Made by a program: the position numbers and the translations under genes. The notes beneath the pieces are model-generated. The model made no database searches, had not been told where the DNA came from, and saw only the letters and a list, made by a program, of their open reading frames with translations. Source: a virus. Taken from it: 64,000 bases of DNA. Below, one piece after another: positions 38,103 through 46,170 of the stretch (within the stretch, counting starts at the first letter, position 1; each line of letters opens with the position of its first letter). The stretch lies in IMG/VR virus record IMGVR_UViG_2974594041_000001, positions 4,449 to 68,448 of that record; one strand, 5' to 3'.

Positions 38103-38378
38103 ATGCACGCAACCAAGATCATTGAGCAGTATGAACGAATCACAGGGGAATCTTTCCAGGCCGCGTTGATTCGCATGGCCAAAGAGAACCGGACTGGTAC
38201 GTATGCTGCTGAATTCATTGGTTTCTGCGACAAGCAGCGCCTTGACATAGTAATCAAACGCCTTGGGTATGAACCGGTTCAGTTTCGCGGCCGGCGTATG
38301 CCTGGAATGTCCAAATCGGCACAACGTGCCCGGAGAGCAAAACAACGTGAAGAAGATCGGCGAACCACGTCGTCATGA
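38103..38378 (+). CDS. Basic hypothetical protein (possible DNA-binding)
   Basis: 91 aa; Arg-rich C-terminus. Confidence 0.6.
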   Translation: MHATKIIEQYERITGESFQAALIRMAKENRTGTYAAEFIGFCDKQRLDIVIKRLGYEPVQFRGRRMPGMSKSAQRARRAKQREEDRRTTSS

Positions 38379-38628
38379 AATTGACGAAGTGCAAGTTCAA
38401 CGTATCGCGTTCCTCGTTGAGGAATCGGACGTTGGCAAGACCCAAAAGATGTACTTGGGTAAAGACCCGTACACCTTCCTGCCCGACGACGTAGGTCGTC
38501 TGTTGGAAGTGGTTAAAAACAAGTCCCCCGGCTTTATGTCGTGGGGTTTCGGCTCGGCGTTCGCGGACCTGCGAAAGCAGTATCCAGAAACCAAACCTTA
38601 CATCGGTGCCCCGAGTGCACAGGAGTAG
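38347..38628 (+). CDS. Hypothetical protein
   Basis: GTG start; 93 aa. Confidence 0.55.
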   Translation: MKKIGEPRRHEIDEVQVQRIAFLVEESDVGKTQKMYLGKDPYTFLPDDVGRLLEVVKNKSPGFMSWGFGSAFADLRKQYPETKPYIGAPSAQE

Positions 38629-38630
38629 CC

Positions 38631-39086
38631 ATGACCACCAACCAAACGATTGACGACGTGCCGCGTGGACTGCTGGAGAACTTCGCCAGCTACGCCGAGG
38701 GATCTGCAAGCGGTGAGGTGCAACTGTGGGCCAAGAAGCTGCGCGCCCTGCTGGATGCAAACCCTGAAAAACAGTTCAATCCACAAGGCTGGAGCATCGA
38801 CCATTCGGCTGGGCGACCGATCCTGATGCACAATAATTGCAGCGTGATCGAAGCTGAGCAGGCTTATGGCCTCCTTGAGCTGATCAAGTCAGCCGCCCAG
38901 CCCCAGGGCGAGCCGGTGGCGAGACTTGGAGTGCATCACGTTCTTGGCGCCATCCATAACGTACCGGGATTCCCTGGCGTCAAAGGCAATCACATACACG
39001 ACCTGACGACACTGCTAAACGGTGTTCTGGCTAGCGCCGAGCAGCCCGCACCGGTAGCGGCAGAGGTGGTGTTGCCAGATGCCTAA
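38631..39086 (+). CDS. Pseudomonas-prophage-type modular accessory protein
   Basis: 'MTTNQTID.VPR.LLE...LRALLDA', 'AQPQGEPVA', 'AEQPAPVA' linkers typical of temperate Pseudomonas phage genes. Confidence 0.7.
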   Translation: MTTNQTIDDVPRGLLENFASYAEGSASGEVQLWAKKLRALLDANPEKQFNPQGWSIDHSAGRPILMHNNCSVIEAEQAYGLLELIKSAAQPQGEPVARLGVHHVLGAIHNVPGFPGVKGNHIHDLTTLLNGVLASAEQPAPVAAEVVLPDA

Positions 39087-39261
39087 ATTGAAAAAGTACA
39101 GCGTGGTTTGGTTTGACAACGGCAATTGTGAAATTGCTGTCGTCAAAATCGAAGCATGTACCATACCGGGCGCATTTGCGCCTGCCTACAACGGGTTGAC
39201 CCGTAAACAGTTCGCGGCTGTCCAGAATGAAGCCGTATCCGTCGAAGTTAAGGAAATCTGA
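39079..39261 (+). CDS. Hypothetical protein
   Basis: 60 aa; coupled. Confidence 0.6.
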   Translation: MPKLKKYSVVWFDNGNCEIAVVKIEACTIPGAFAPAYNGLTRKQFAAVQNEAVSVEVKEI

Positions 39262-39599
39262 TGAGCAAAAACAACCAGCGCAATTTGTCCGAAATCAACC
39301 TGGGCAACGAGACTTACAACCGTGGCTATGCCGACGGCTCGGCCGGCAACCCCAAGACCATCAAGAAGTCCCACCGTCACGCGCATCGTTACCATATCGG
39401 CTATCGCCATGGCCAAGATCAAGCCAAGCGCGAAACTGGACCAGCGTTTGAAGTGCTTGACGGCAATGATGTGGTCCGCGTTCATCACCGTATCCGTAGT
39501 GCCAGCCTGGCTAACAACTTTGCCCCGGCGCATGACTTGTACCCCAGCGGTAAGCCTCGTGGCTTCTGGGCCAAGTTCAAGGCCTGGCTGAAAGGTTGA
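39261..39599 (+). CDS. Hypothetical protein
   Basis: 112 aa; TGATG coupling; two YxxGY motifs. Confidence 0.7.
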   Translation: MSKNNQRNLSEINLGNETYNRGYADGSAGNPKTIKKSHRHAHRYHIGYRHGQDQAKRETGPAFEVLDGNDVVRVHHRIRSASLANNFAPAHDLYPSGKPRGFWAKFKAWLKG

Positions 39600-39603
39600 G
39601 CCC

Positions 39604-39622
39604 CTGCCCTCCGGGCAGTCTG
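39604..39622 (+). promoter_or_regulatory. N4 P2-like hairpin
   Basis: CTGCCC-TCC-GGGCAG (template C(GGA)G loop); predicted +1 G at 39622; intergenic; no U tract. Confidence 0.45.
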
Positions 39623-39678
39623 GTGACCCTTCCCTAAATCAAGTGCCTGGGTTCGCCCAGGCCACAGGAGCATTATCC

Positions 39679-40068
39679 ATGCGTTACATCTGCATCTGCT
39701 GTGGTGCCTCTGGCGCCGATGGCGGTGGCCATACCTCCACTGTTGGGCCGTATTCGTACAAGTGCCATATGTGCGACAAATACCGGACCATGTGGCCGGA
39801 ATTTCAAGCCAACAAGTACACCAAGACAGTCACTGCGCTGCAAGAAGGCCATGGCAAGGACGATGCTGATCGCCGCACCATTGCAAGCCTGCAAGAACAG
39901 CTGAACCAGCAACGTGAGGCTATGGCTTCCGCGTCCCTGGTCGTCGAGAGCTTGAATGCCACCATTGAATTGGGGCTGAAGATCATCGACCAAATCCTGC
40001 CGCAAGCCGGCGCAATTTCCATCGACGCGGGTGCCGTGAATGAGTTCTGTATGCGTGCCCGAAAGTAG
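39679..40068 (+). CDS. Zn-ribbon plus coiled-coil protein
   Basis: CICC...CHMC, then heptads. Confidence 0.7.
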   Translation: MRYICICCGASGADGGGHTSTVGPYSYKCHMCDKYRTMWPEFQANKYTKTVTALQEGHGKDDADRRTIASLQEQLNQQREAMASASLVVESLNATIELGLKIIDQILPQAGAISIDAGAVNEFCMRARK

Positions 40069-40291
40069 CTGCGAAGTCTGCGGGGAGCCCAATATGGGCG
40101 GTATTATCGACCCGCGCCTATCGCATTGCTGCTTCGATTGCGTTGAAGAAGGTCAGGCTGCCATTGCCGAAGGTGACGAGGTATACAGGGCAATCCTGAG
40201 TTGCGGCTGTGGCGAAAGCGGGGCCGTCAACTACGATGATGGTGAACGCATCGGTTATTTCTGTGGCGGCTCGTATCGCTGCATCCCTTAA
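40040..40291 (+). CDS. Cys-rich hypothetical protein
   Basis: CxxC...CxxC...CxC; start uncertain. Confidence 0.5.
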   Translation: MSSVCVPESSCEVCGEPNMGGIIDPRLSHCCFDCVEEGQAAIAEGDEVYRAILSCGCGESGAVNYDDGERIGYFCGGSYRCIP

Positions 40292-40307
40292 AAAATCAGG
40301 TACTTAT

Positions 40308-40727
40308 ATGGCCAAGCCTCAAAATCTCCCGGTCCCGAAGAAAGCCGTGGATAAATTCATAGCTTCAATGAACGGCAACATGTCACCGGCCGAACAGGCA
40401 ACCGCAGCGCGGGAACTGATCGACGCATTGAAGAAAGCAACCGCCCTGGTGGAGAAAGGCATTAACCGCAAAGAGTTGACCGTCTGTGACGTGAAACTGG
40501 GTTATGTGTGTCCAAATGATGTAGATCGCTTCCTTCGTGAGGAAATTCCTCGACTAACGGTGTATCGTAGCAAGAAGCACGCCCGCAACATGGGCGTATT
40601 CTCGCAACGGCCGCCTAAGGCGCATAAGGAACGACAAGCATGCAAGACCCAGAAAAAGAGTACCGTCAATACTACTACGGGGACTCGCAGAAGGGCTGCA
40701 AAGCCAAGCGCATCGTCTACGCAGTAG
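40308..40727 (+). CDS. Hypothetical protein
   Basis: AGGT RBS; 3' end overlaps the next gene by 88 nt. Confidence 0.6.
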   Translation: MAKPQNLPVPKKAVDKFIASMNGNMSPAEQATAARELIDALKKATALVEKGINRKELTVCDVKLGYVCPNDVDRFLREEIPRLTVYRSKKHARNMGVFSQRPPKAHKERQACKTQKKSTVNTTTGTRRRAAKPSASSTQ

Positions 40728-41005
40728 CAGACGAAAAGCAGGTTCACATTCACTACATGCGTCACGATAACGTGATGGATGTGGTATCTACCAACGAAAC
40801 GTCGTTGTTGCAGATGCTCGCTGCCCACCCGGGCAGTTTTGTGCACAGCAACCGACATATAATCATCCGTAAGCGTTTCTTGCTCAGTTATGGCCCCCAG
40901 GCGCACAACCCGAAGCAATTCGAGTGCTCTGTGCGTTTTGTCAACGAACCGCTGGAAATTTCCCGGCGCCGTATCCGACTGGTGAGAGACGCCTTAATCA
41001 AATAG
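40640..41005 (+). CDS. Stand-alone LytTR DNA-binding domain protein (AlgR-like)
   Basis: IVYAVADEKQV, ETSL..M...HPGSFVHSNRHII, EPLEISRRRIRLVR match the LytTR pattern of the AlgR C-terminus; no receiver domain. Confidence 0.75.
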   Translation: MQDPEKEYRQYYYGDSQKGCKAKRIVYAVADEKQVHIHYMRHDNVMDVVSTNETSLLQMLAAHPGSFVHSNRHIIIRKRFLLSYGPQAHNPKQFECSVRFVNEPLEISRRRIRLVRDALIK

Positions 41006-41012
41006 AGAACTT

Positions 41013-41222
41013 GTGCTTAAACCCAACTATATCCGCCATCTGAAAATTCGTTCCGAGAAGCTGCGTGCCATCATGCATGACATGTGGATTCTCGGAAACG
41101 ACTCGTTCAACTTCCCTACTGATCCAGCAGGTGAAGCTGAGCGTCGACAGGCCATCACCGACCGCCTGGTCAAAGAAGGCTACGCCACCCTCGTAGAAGT
41201 TCCCGATCCCCAACCGGAGTAA
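41013..41222 (+). CDS. Hypothetical protein
   Basis: 69 aa. Confidence 0.6.
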   Translation: MLKPNYIRHLKIRSEKLRAIMHDMWILGNDSFNFPTDPAGEAERRQAITDRLVKEGYATLVEVPDPQPE

Positions 41223-41227
41223 TACCC

Positions 41228-41560
41228 ATGTGGGCAATCCGCGATTCCGACGGGGCTGAGACCCTGCATTCGATTTACCCTAGCTGGGCAGACAGTCTGG
41301 AGCACCTGACGGTGGTCACCTACGTCACCCAAGCCCGCTATGAAGCCGCCATCGCAGAACTGACCGAAACCAAGAAAGCATTGGAGGTCGCGCAGAAGTT
41401 TGCTCGTCGCCACATGGCCGTGCTCAAGAACAACGCTGAGCGCATGCGTCAGGTCGAGTCTGCCAACAACCGCTACTACTCCATCCTCCAGCGTTACAAC
41501 CTCATTGGCGCACTGCCTGAGCAGCTGGATGACACTCCAATCATCGACGTGAAGGTGTAA
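41228..41560 (+). CDS. Hypothetical coiled-coil protein
   Basis: GGAG RBS; 110 aa. Confidence 0.7.
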   Translation: MWAIRDSDGAETLHSIYPSWADSLEHLTVVTYVTQARYEAAIAELTETKKALEVAQKFARRHMAVLKNNAERMRQVESANNRYYSILQRYNLIGALPEQLDDTPIIDVKV

Positions 41561-41563
41561 ACC

Positions 41564-42046
41564 ATGGCTTATTTGAAAGGACGTATCCCTTCCGACAAAG
41601 TGTCCTTGTTTGCGGAGCATTTGGTGCTGGGCGGGTTTGATATTCGCCCAAGCCCTGCGCAGTACGAGTTATTGCAAGTGCGAATCCTTAATCGCTGGTT
41701 GGCTATCACCATCGACAGTAAAGGAGTGGTAGGGCTGCCAGAAGAGCTGGTCGGTCATGCTGAAGATTTCCTGCGTGGAACCTTCACGCCGGAGCCTGTA
41801 GGTATCACCGATACCGAACGTCTGGACTTTATGTTGCGCAAGAGCCGCAAGGTTGTTGTGGAAATTGAAGGCTGGGGCAGCGAAGGCCGGCACTATGCTG
41901 TGTATGTCGAAGAAGGCTTTATGGCCGACAAGACCTACAGCGCGGTGCGCTTCACGCAAGAAGAAGACTTCAACGGCGTCGACCCCCATGGCGTCAAAAT
42001 CAAACGTGAGGCCATCGACCTCGCAATCAACGAAACCAAGGTGTAA
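41564..42046 (+). CDS. Hypothetical protein
   Basis: 160 aa; 'ITDTERLDFM' motif common in phage accessory proteins. Confidence 0.7.
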   Translation: MAYLKGRIPSDKVSLFAEHLVLGGFDIRPSPAQYELLQVRILNRWLAITIDSKGVVGLPEELVGHAEDFLRGTFTPEPVGITDTERLDFMLRKSRKVVVEIEGWGSEGRHYAVYVEEGFMADKTYSAVRFTQEEDFNGVDPHGVKIKREAIDLAINETKV

Positions 42047-42050
42047 ACCA

Positions 42051-42845
42051 ATGAAAAAAGCAATCAACAAGACCGAACGTGACGAGATCATCATCGCGTT
42101 GGTTTCTGCTGCATCGACCAAGTCGGCGCAGACTATCGTGGACAAGCTGGGCGCCTTGCGCAAAGAGATGTTCACGCTGCTGCACAACCACTGGCAGGAC
42201 CAGTTCCCGGGTATCAGCCGCACCGACCAGAATGCTCTGCTGCAGTCAGGCGGCGCGCACTCGTTGAAGTTTCAACCCACGGTTTTTACCAAAGACCTGA
42301 CCAGCAAAAACGATTCGGTAAGGTCGAACGGTGAGTTCGGCAAGATCGGCTGGCGCAACGAAGGTACCGACAGTGCCAAGGCTATTCGCAGCCGTATTGC
42401 AACCCAGATCTTCCGCAACTGCACTGGGGTAGACGGAGTGGTGTCTGACGGCATCGACACCAGTTTCATGTCGACATTGAACATCAGCACGCAATATCCA
42501 AGCATCATTGCGGGCAGTCAGCCGAAGTACCTCTACGACACCACCACGACTCTGCCTGATGATGTTGATCCGGTGCATAACGACTTGTTGCTGGCCGTGC
42601 ACACCAAAATCACCACATTGCTCACTGAGCTGCGTGAGCTGGTGGAATCAGCAGAAGCCATGTACGAAACCGTAGGTGCCGCTATCGCTCCAGTGAAGAC
42701 CGCGCATGCCCTGGCTGAACTGATGCCAGAAGCTGTGAAACACTTCCCCACGTCCCTGACCTACGTCAAACCCACCCAGGAAATCGCCGACCCTAAGGCG
42801 ATCAACGACATTCGCGCCAAGCTGAAAGCCGGCTTGCCGATCTAA
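42051..42845 (+). CDS. Nmad5-like protein (nucleotide-modification-associated domain 5)
   Basis: N-terminal 'K.ERDEII..L', C-terminal 'T..ALAELMPEAVKHFP' pattern as I recall it for Nmad5. Confidence 0.45.
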   Translation: MKKAINKTERDEIIIALVSAASTKSAQTIVDKLGALRKEMFTLLHNHWQDQFPGISRTDQNALLQSGGAHSLKFQPTVFTKDLTSKNDSVRSNGEFGKIGWRNEGTDSAKAIRSRIATQIFRNCTGVDGVVSDGIDTSFMSTLNISTQYPSIIAGSQPKYLYDTTTTLPDDVDPVHNDLLLAVHTKITTLLTELRELVESAEAMYETVGAAIAPVKTAHALAELMPEAVKHFPTSLTYVKPTQEIADPKAINDIRAKLKAGLPI

Positions 42846-42859
42846 CAGAAGAAGCGATT

Positions 42860-43051
42860 ATGCGTCAGGAAATCCCACCTGTGCACAATCCCGTCTTTCC
42901 AACGTACGAAAGCCTCCATGACGTGCTCATGGAGGCTTCGTATGCTCTGGAAGATGGTGTGTTGAGCACCAACCGTTTACGGCAGCTGTTTGGCAGCTAT
43001 CACAACACCCTTATTGCTTCCATGCAGAAACAGAAGGAACAGCTGCCTTAA
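42860..43051 (+). CDS. Conserved small N4-like-phage protein
   Basis: 'FPT.ESL..V...A...L.....N.L..L...YHNTL'. Confidence 0.7.
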   Translation: MRQEIPPVHNPVFPTYESLHDVLMEASYALEDGVLSTNRLRQLFGSYHNTLIASMQKQKEQLP

Positions 43052-43766
43052 CTTCAGCAATATCAGACAGTAAAACAGTCATCATGCCTTCAAGGCGTTG
43101 AATGTCCTGTCGGCGTTCTTCTGCTTCCATATTCAGAGCAATTTCAAGATCATTAATCCGCAAAGTTAACGCTTGGTTTTGATCGAGTAATGTTAGGTAC
43201 TGCGAAGACATATTTTCGTTCATCGACCGTAAAGAGTTGTCCATGTACGCTTCTTGCTGTTGCGCACGCTGGTCGGTGTAACCTTTCGCCTCTTTGACAG
43301 CCTCAGCTTGTGCTTTATCAATTTCTGGTTGCATATTAGGCAAAGAATTCAAAACCGCATAGATTTCTGTGAGGTTTTCATCTACACGGGCAATTTCTTT
43401 TTGCCAGTCAGCAGGTGCCGGCCCCGGGCCTTCACCGCCGCCAATTCCAAACATTGTGTGTACACCAATGTCACCACGCACCATGGCTTGCATCGGCACT
43501 TCACCTGCCAGCATGCTACCGTAAATTTCCCAACCTTGGTCCAACAACTGTTCGACTTGGGTGGAAAGCTTCAGCTGTCCTGTCTTTTCAACCAAAATGT
43601 ACTCAGGATTGCTGGCCGGCTTGTCAGCCTGGATCATCAGCTGCGCTGGGACGTTAGAAACCAATGTAGGCGAGCCAGCCAGGACAAAACCCAGCTTAGC
43701 TGCATTTTCAACCAGTTCTGCCATAGGTACCTGGCCAATTTTCTGGATAAAGCGCACTTCGTTCAT
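43011..43766 (-). CDS. Tandem DUF1737-like domains plus coiled coil
   Basis: 'V..LLDQGWEIYGS.......QAMV' plus a degenerate first copy; GAGG RBS. Confidence 0.6.
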   Translation of the reverse strand: MNEVRFIQKIGQVPMAELVENAAKLGFVLAGSPTLVSNVPAQLMIQADKPASNPEYILVEKTGQLKLSTQVEQLLDQGWEIYGSMLAGEVPMQAMVRGDIGVHTMFGIGGGEGPGPAPADWQKEIARVDENLTEIYAVLNSLPNMQPEIDKAQAEAVKEAKGYTDQRAQQQEAYMDNSLRSMNENMSSQYLTLLDQNQALTLRINDLEIALNMEAEERRQDIQRLEGMMTVLLSDIAEVKAAVPSVSAWKQ

Positions 43767-43786
43767 AAACACCTCGAATTTAAGAC

Positions 43787-43811
43787 AAAAGAAAACCACC
43801 CGAAGGTGGTT
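43787..43811 (-). terminator. Terminator within the inverted cassette
   Basis: AACCACC-TTCG-GGTGGTT-TTCTTTT on the - strand. Confidence 0.75.
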
Positions 43812-43854
43812 CTCAGTGTGCAACCCTAATTGGGGTTGTACCCGCTGTCGGGGG

Positions 43855-44388
43855 TCAAGCCCCCGCCTGGTTTCCCACGACGACCTGGTTCAACAGAACC
43901 TGGGTAGCAGTGTGGCCAGCCTGGTTTTTGCACTCGCTCAGACCGATGCGCAGCTCGGTAGCGCGGGTACGCTCAGCGTCCAGAGCTTGTTGCAGAGCCA
44001 GCTCACGCGAGGCAGCGCCTTGCATCAGGATGGCTTGGTTCACAGCTGCGAAACCCTGAGTCATGGCGCCGGAGAGGCCACAGAGGCTCAGGGCGTTCTG
44101 CGAAGCAGCAGTAGTAACGGCGTCTTTGACGCCAGTGATACCCAGAGCCAGGCCGCCTGCGGCCAGGCCGATATCCTTGCTGATACCGTTGATGCTTTCC
44201 GACAGGTTTTCACGCTGCAGGGAACCTTGCAGGTTGCCCAGGGCAGTGCCCAGCTGGTCAGGAGTAACGCCCGGAGCAGTGGCAGCATTGCCGTTTTTGT
44301 TGAAAATGCCGTTCTCACCCAGCAGCAAACCAGCAACACCAGCTGCCAGAGGGCCCCACGCGGAGTTCGAATTGGTAGTGTCAGTCAT
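43855..44388 (-). CDS. Gly/Ala-rich protein with hydrophobic N-terminus and coiled-coil C-terminus
   Basis: AAGGA RBS; 177 aa; 'LAAGVAGLLLG...VTPDQL'. Confidence 0.75.
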   Translation of the reverse strand: MTDTTNSNSAWGPLAAGVAGLLLGENGIFNKNGNAATAPGVTPDQLGTALGNLQGSLQRENLSESINGISKDIGLAAGGLALGITGVKDAVTTAASQNALSLCGLSGAMTQGFAAVNQAILMQGAASRELALQQALDAERTRATELRIGLSECKNQAGHTATQVLLNQVVVGNQAGA

Positions 44389-44568
44389 GTCACGTTCCTT
44401 CTGTGGTTCAGGAGTGCCAACTTCGTTGGCGTTTTCGGCCCGTCGTTCACGGGCTCGTTGCTCAAGTGAGGCGAGATCCACGATCACTCCAGATTTCCGT
44501 TGCAAGACACCGTTGTCCCGCCCCGCTATCATATAAAGGCACCGTATTACGGAAAAGGAGCCAATACG

Positions 44569-44745
44569 ATGAAAGCTGGCAGACCTCGCATTTACGAGGC
44601 AGAATCAACGGCGATGAAGGTGTTTTCGGTACGACTTAACGTATTACACGAAAAAGCCGCATTGAAGTTAGGCAAAGGGAATATGAGTGTTGGCATCCGC
44701 CTCGCTCTGGAAAACGTACTACAGAAGAAGGAAAACGCGGTATGA
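44569..44745 (+). CDS. Ribbon-helix-helix-like DNA-binding protein
   Basis: AAGGAG RBS; 'AGRP' hook, 'FSVRL' strand, helix-G-x-x-N-x-S-x-G-I-R helix. Confidence 0.55.
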   Translation: MKAGRPRIYEAESTAMKVFSVRLNVLHEKAALKLGKGNMSVGIRLALENVLQKKENAV

Positions 44746-45068
44746 ACTTGCAAACTTTGTTGCCATTTGTGTCATCTGTCGTTGGTCGTGATGTTACGGC
44801 CGAAGCGCAGATGCTTAATCGTGGTTATGAGGCCGTAGGTAAAGCAATGAGCCCGGAAGGGCAGAAGTTCATTATTGGTCACTGGCGCGGCCTCGCCGAC
44901 TTCATGGAGTCGCCTGCCGGCCGTGATGCAATCGTTGGTTTCGTGAATGCCTGGATTGTGGGTACTTATCCACAACTGGCGCCTCCACCGAAACCAGAAA
45001 TCCCAAGACTCAATCTTCCCGAGGCTCCAGCCTCCCAACCTGAGCCGCCACCCAGCTTGCTCACTTAA
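44742..45068 (+). CDS. Hypothetical protein with Pro-rich tail
   Basis: 108 aa; 'DFMESPAGRDAI'; ATGA coupling. Confidence 0.7.
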   Translation: MNLQTLLPFVSSVVGRDVTAEAQMLNRGYEAVGKAMSPEGQKFIIGHWRGLADFMESPAGRDAIVGFVNAWIVGTYPQLAPPPKPEIPRLNLPEAPASQPEPPPSLLT

Positions 45069-45076
45069 CCCCAACG

Positions 45077-45103
45077 AATCCCGCCCATCTGGCGGGATTT
45101 TTT
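45077..45103 (+). terminator. Rho-independent terminator
   Basis: AATCCCGCC-5 nt-GGCGGGATT followed by a T run. Confidence 0.85.
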
Positions 45104-45122
45104 ATTCTCCAGGAGCAAAACG

Positions 45123-45950
45123 ATGTCCGTTAAGACTATCGCCCAAGTTCGCCGTATTCTCGAAATTCACCATGCATCCCAGGCGATCATTCGCCCGCAT
45201 TTCTTCCTGACCGGTCCATCCGGTTCAGGCAAGACGTACAACGTCGAAGGCCTGTGCGACGAGCTGATGATGCCGATGTACGAAATCAATTGCGCGCAAT
45301 TGACCAAAGAAGGGCTGTCCGGCAATTCGTTGTCCAAAGCCCTGGCCCCAATCGCCAATAGCGCAATGTCGCCTTGCGTCGTGTTCTTCGACGAATTCGA
45401 CAAGCTGTTCATACGTGGCAACTCCAACTCTGACCTGGCAGACGATTCGACTACCAGTATTCAGAACGAGCTGCTCAAAATCCTGGAAGGTCGCACCACC
45501 AGCGTCTACACCGGCAAATATGGCCAGTACGAAGACATCACCATCAATCACTGCCTGTTCATCTTTGGCGGTGCCTGGAATGGCGAAGCTGACATCGACC
45601 TGGACCGTCTGCGCGCTTTTGGCGTAAAGACCGAACTCCTGGGGCGTGTAGGCCTGATCTACTCCATGGAAAAGGTGCAGCTGGACGCACTGCTGAAGGC
45701 TGTTGAGACCAGCGAACTGTTGGACAACTACCTGAAGATCTACACGGATGTGGATCGCGCCGAAGTCGTGGGCCTGGTGCAAGAAGTGGTTCGTGAGAAC
45801 TACGAGTTGAACACCCTGGGTTATCGCCAGATCTCGGCACTGCTGCACCAATACTTCATCAACGGCTCCCTCAAAACCGAGAAGAAGCAACCAGTGTTTC
45901 GCCGCGCGTTGTCACTGCCGAAAGACGAAAGTCTGTTCGCTGGTGCCTGA
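45123..45950 (+). CDS. Minimal ClpX/HslU-like AAA+ ATPase
   Basis: GPSGSGKT, VFFDEFDKL, IQNELLKILEG, LFIFGGA, FG.K.ELLGR. Confidence 0.85.
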   Translation: MSVKTIAQVRRILEIHHASQAIIRPHFFLTGPSGSGKTYNVEGLCDELMMPMYEINCAQLTKEGLSGNSLSKALAPIANSAMSPCVVFFDEFDKLFIRGNSNSDLADDSTTSIQNELLKILEGRTTSVYTGKYGQYEDITINHCLFIFGGAWNGEADIDLDRLRAFGVKTELLGRVGLIYSMEKVQLDALLKAVETSELLDNYLKIYTDVDRAEVVGLVQEVVRENYELNTLGYRQISALLHQYFINGSLKTEKKQPVFRRALSLPKDESLFAGA

Positions 45951-46167
45951 TCAAGGGCCGGTGCATCGTGGCCATATCCATTACGGGTTGACCGAGGCTG
46001 AGATGCAGCGCAAGACCGGCTCCAACGGTCATTTCCAAGGACCAATGCCCATTTGTGGTTACGGTTCGTGGCACACCCACACAACGCGGAACCTCCGCAA
46101 CATTACCTGCCCGGTCTGCAAAGAGCGACTGGCTTCCCAACCCCCATATCTTTTAAAGGTGCAATAA
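45943..46167 (+). CDS. Small Cys/His protein
   Basis: 74 aa; 'ICG...T....ITCPVC'. Confidence 0.55.
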   Translation: MPDQGPVHRGHIHYGLTEAEMQRKTGSNGHFQGPMPICGYGSWHTHTTRNLRNITCPVCKERLASQPPYLLKVQ

Positions 46168-46170
46168 ACC

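Noticed and set aside
39261-39599. Ribosome modulation factor-like YxxGY motifs
   Set aside because: Too short a match; the CPY and WxxGW features of Rmf are absent.
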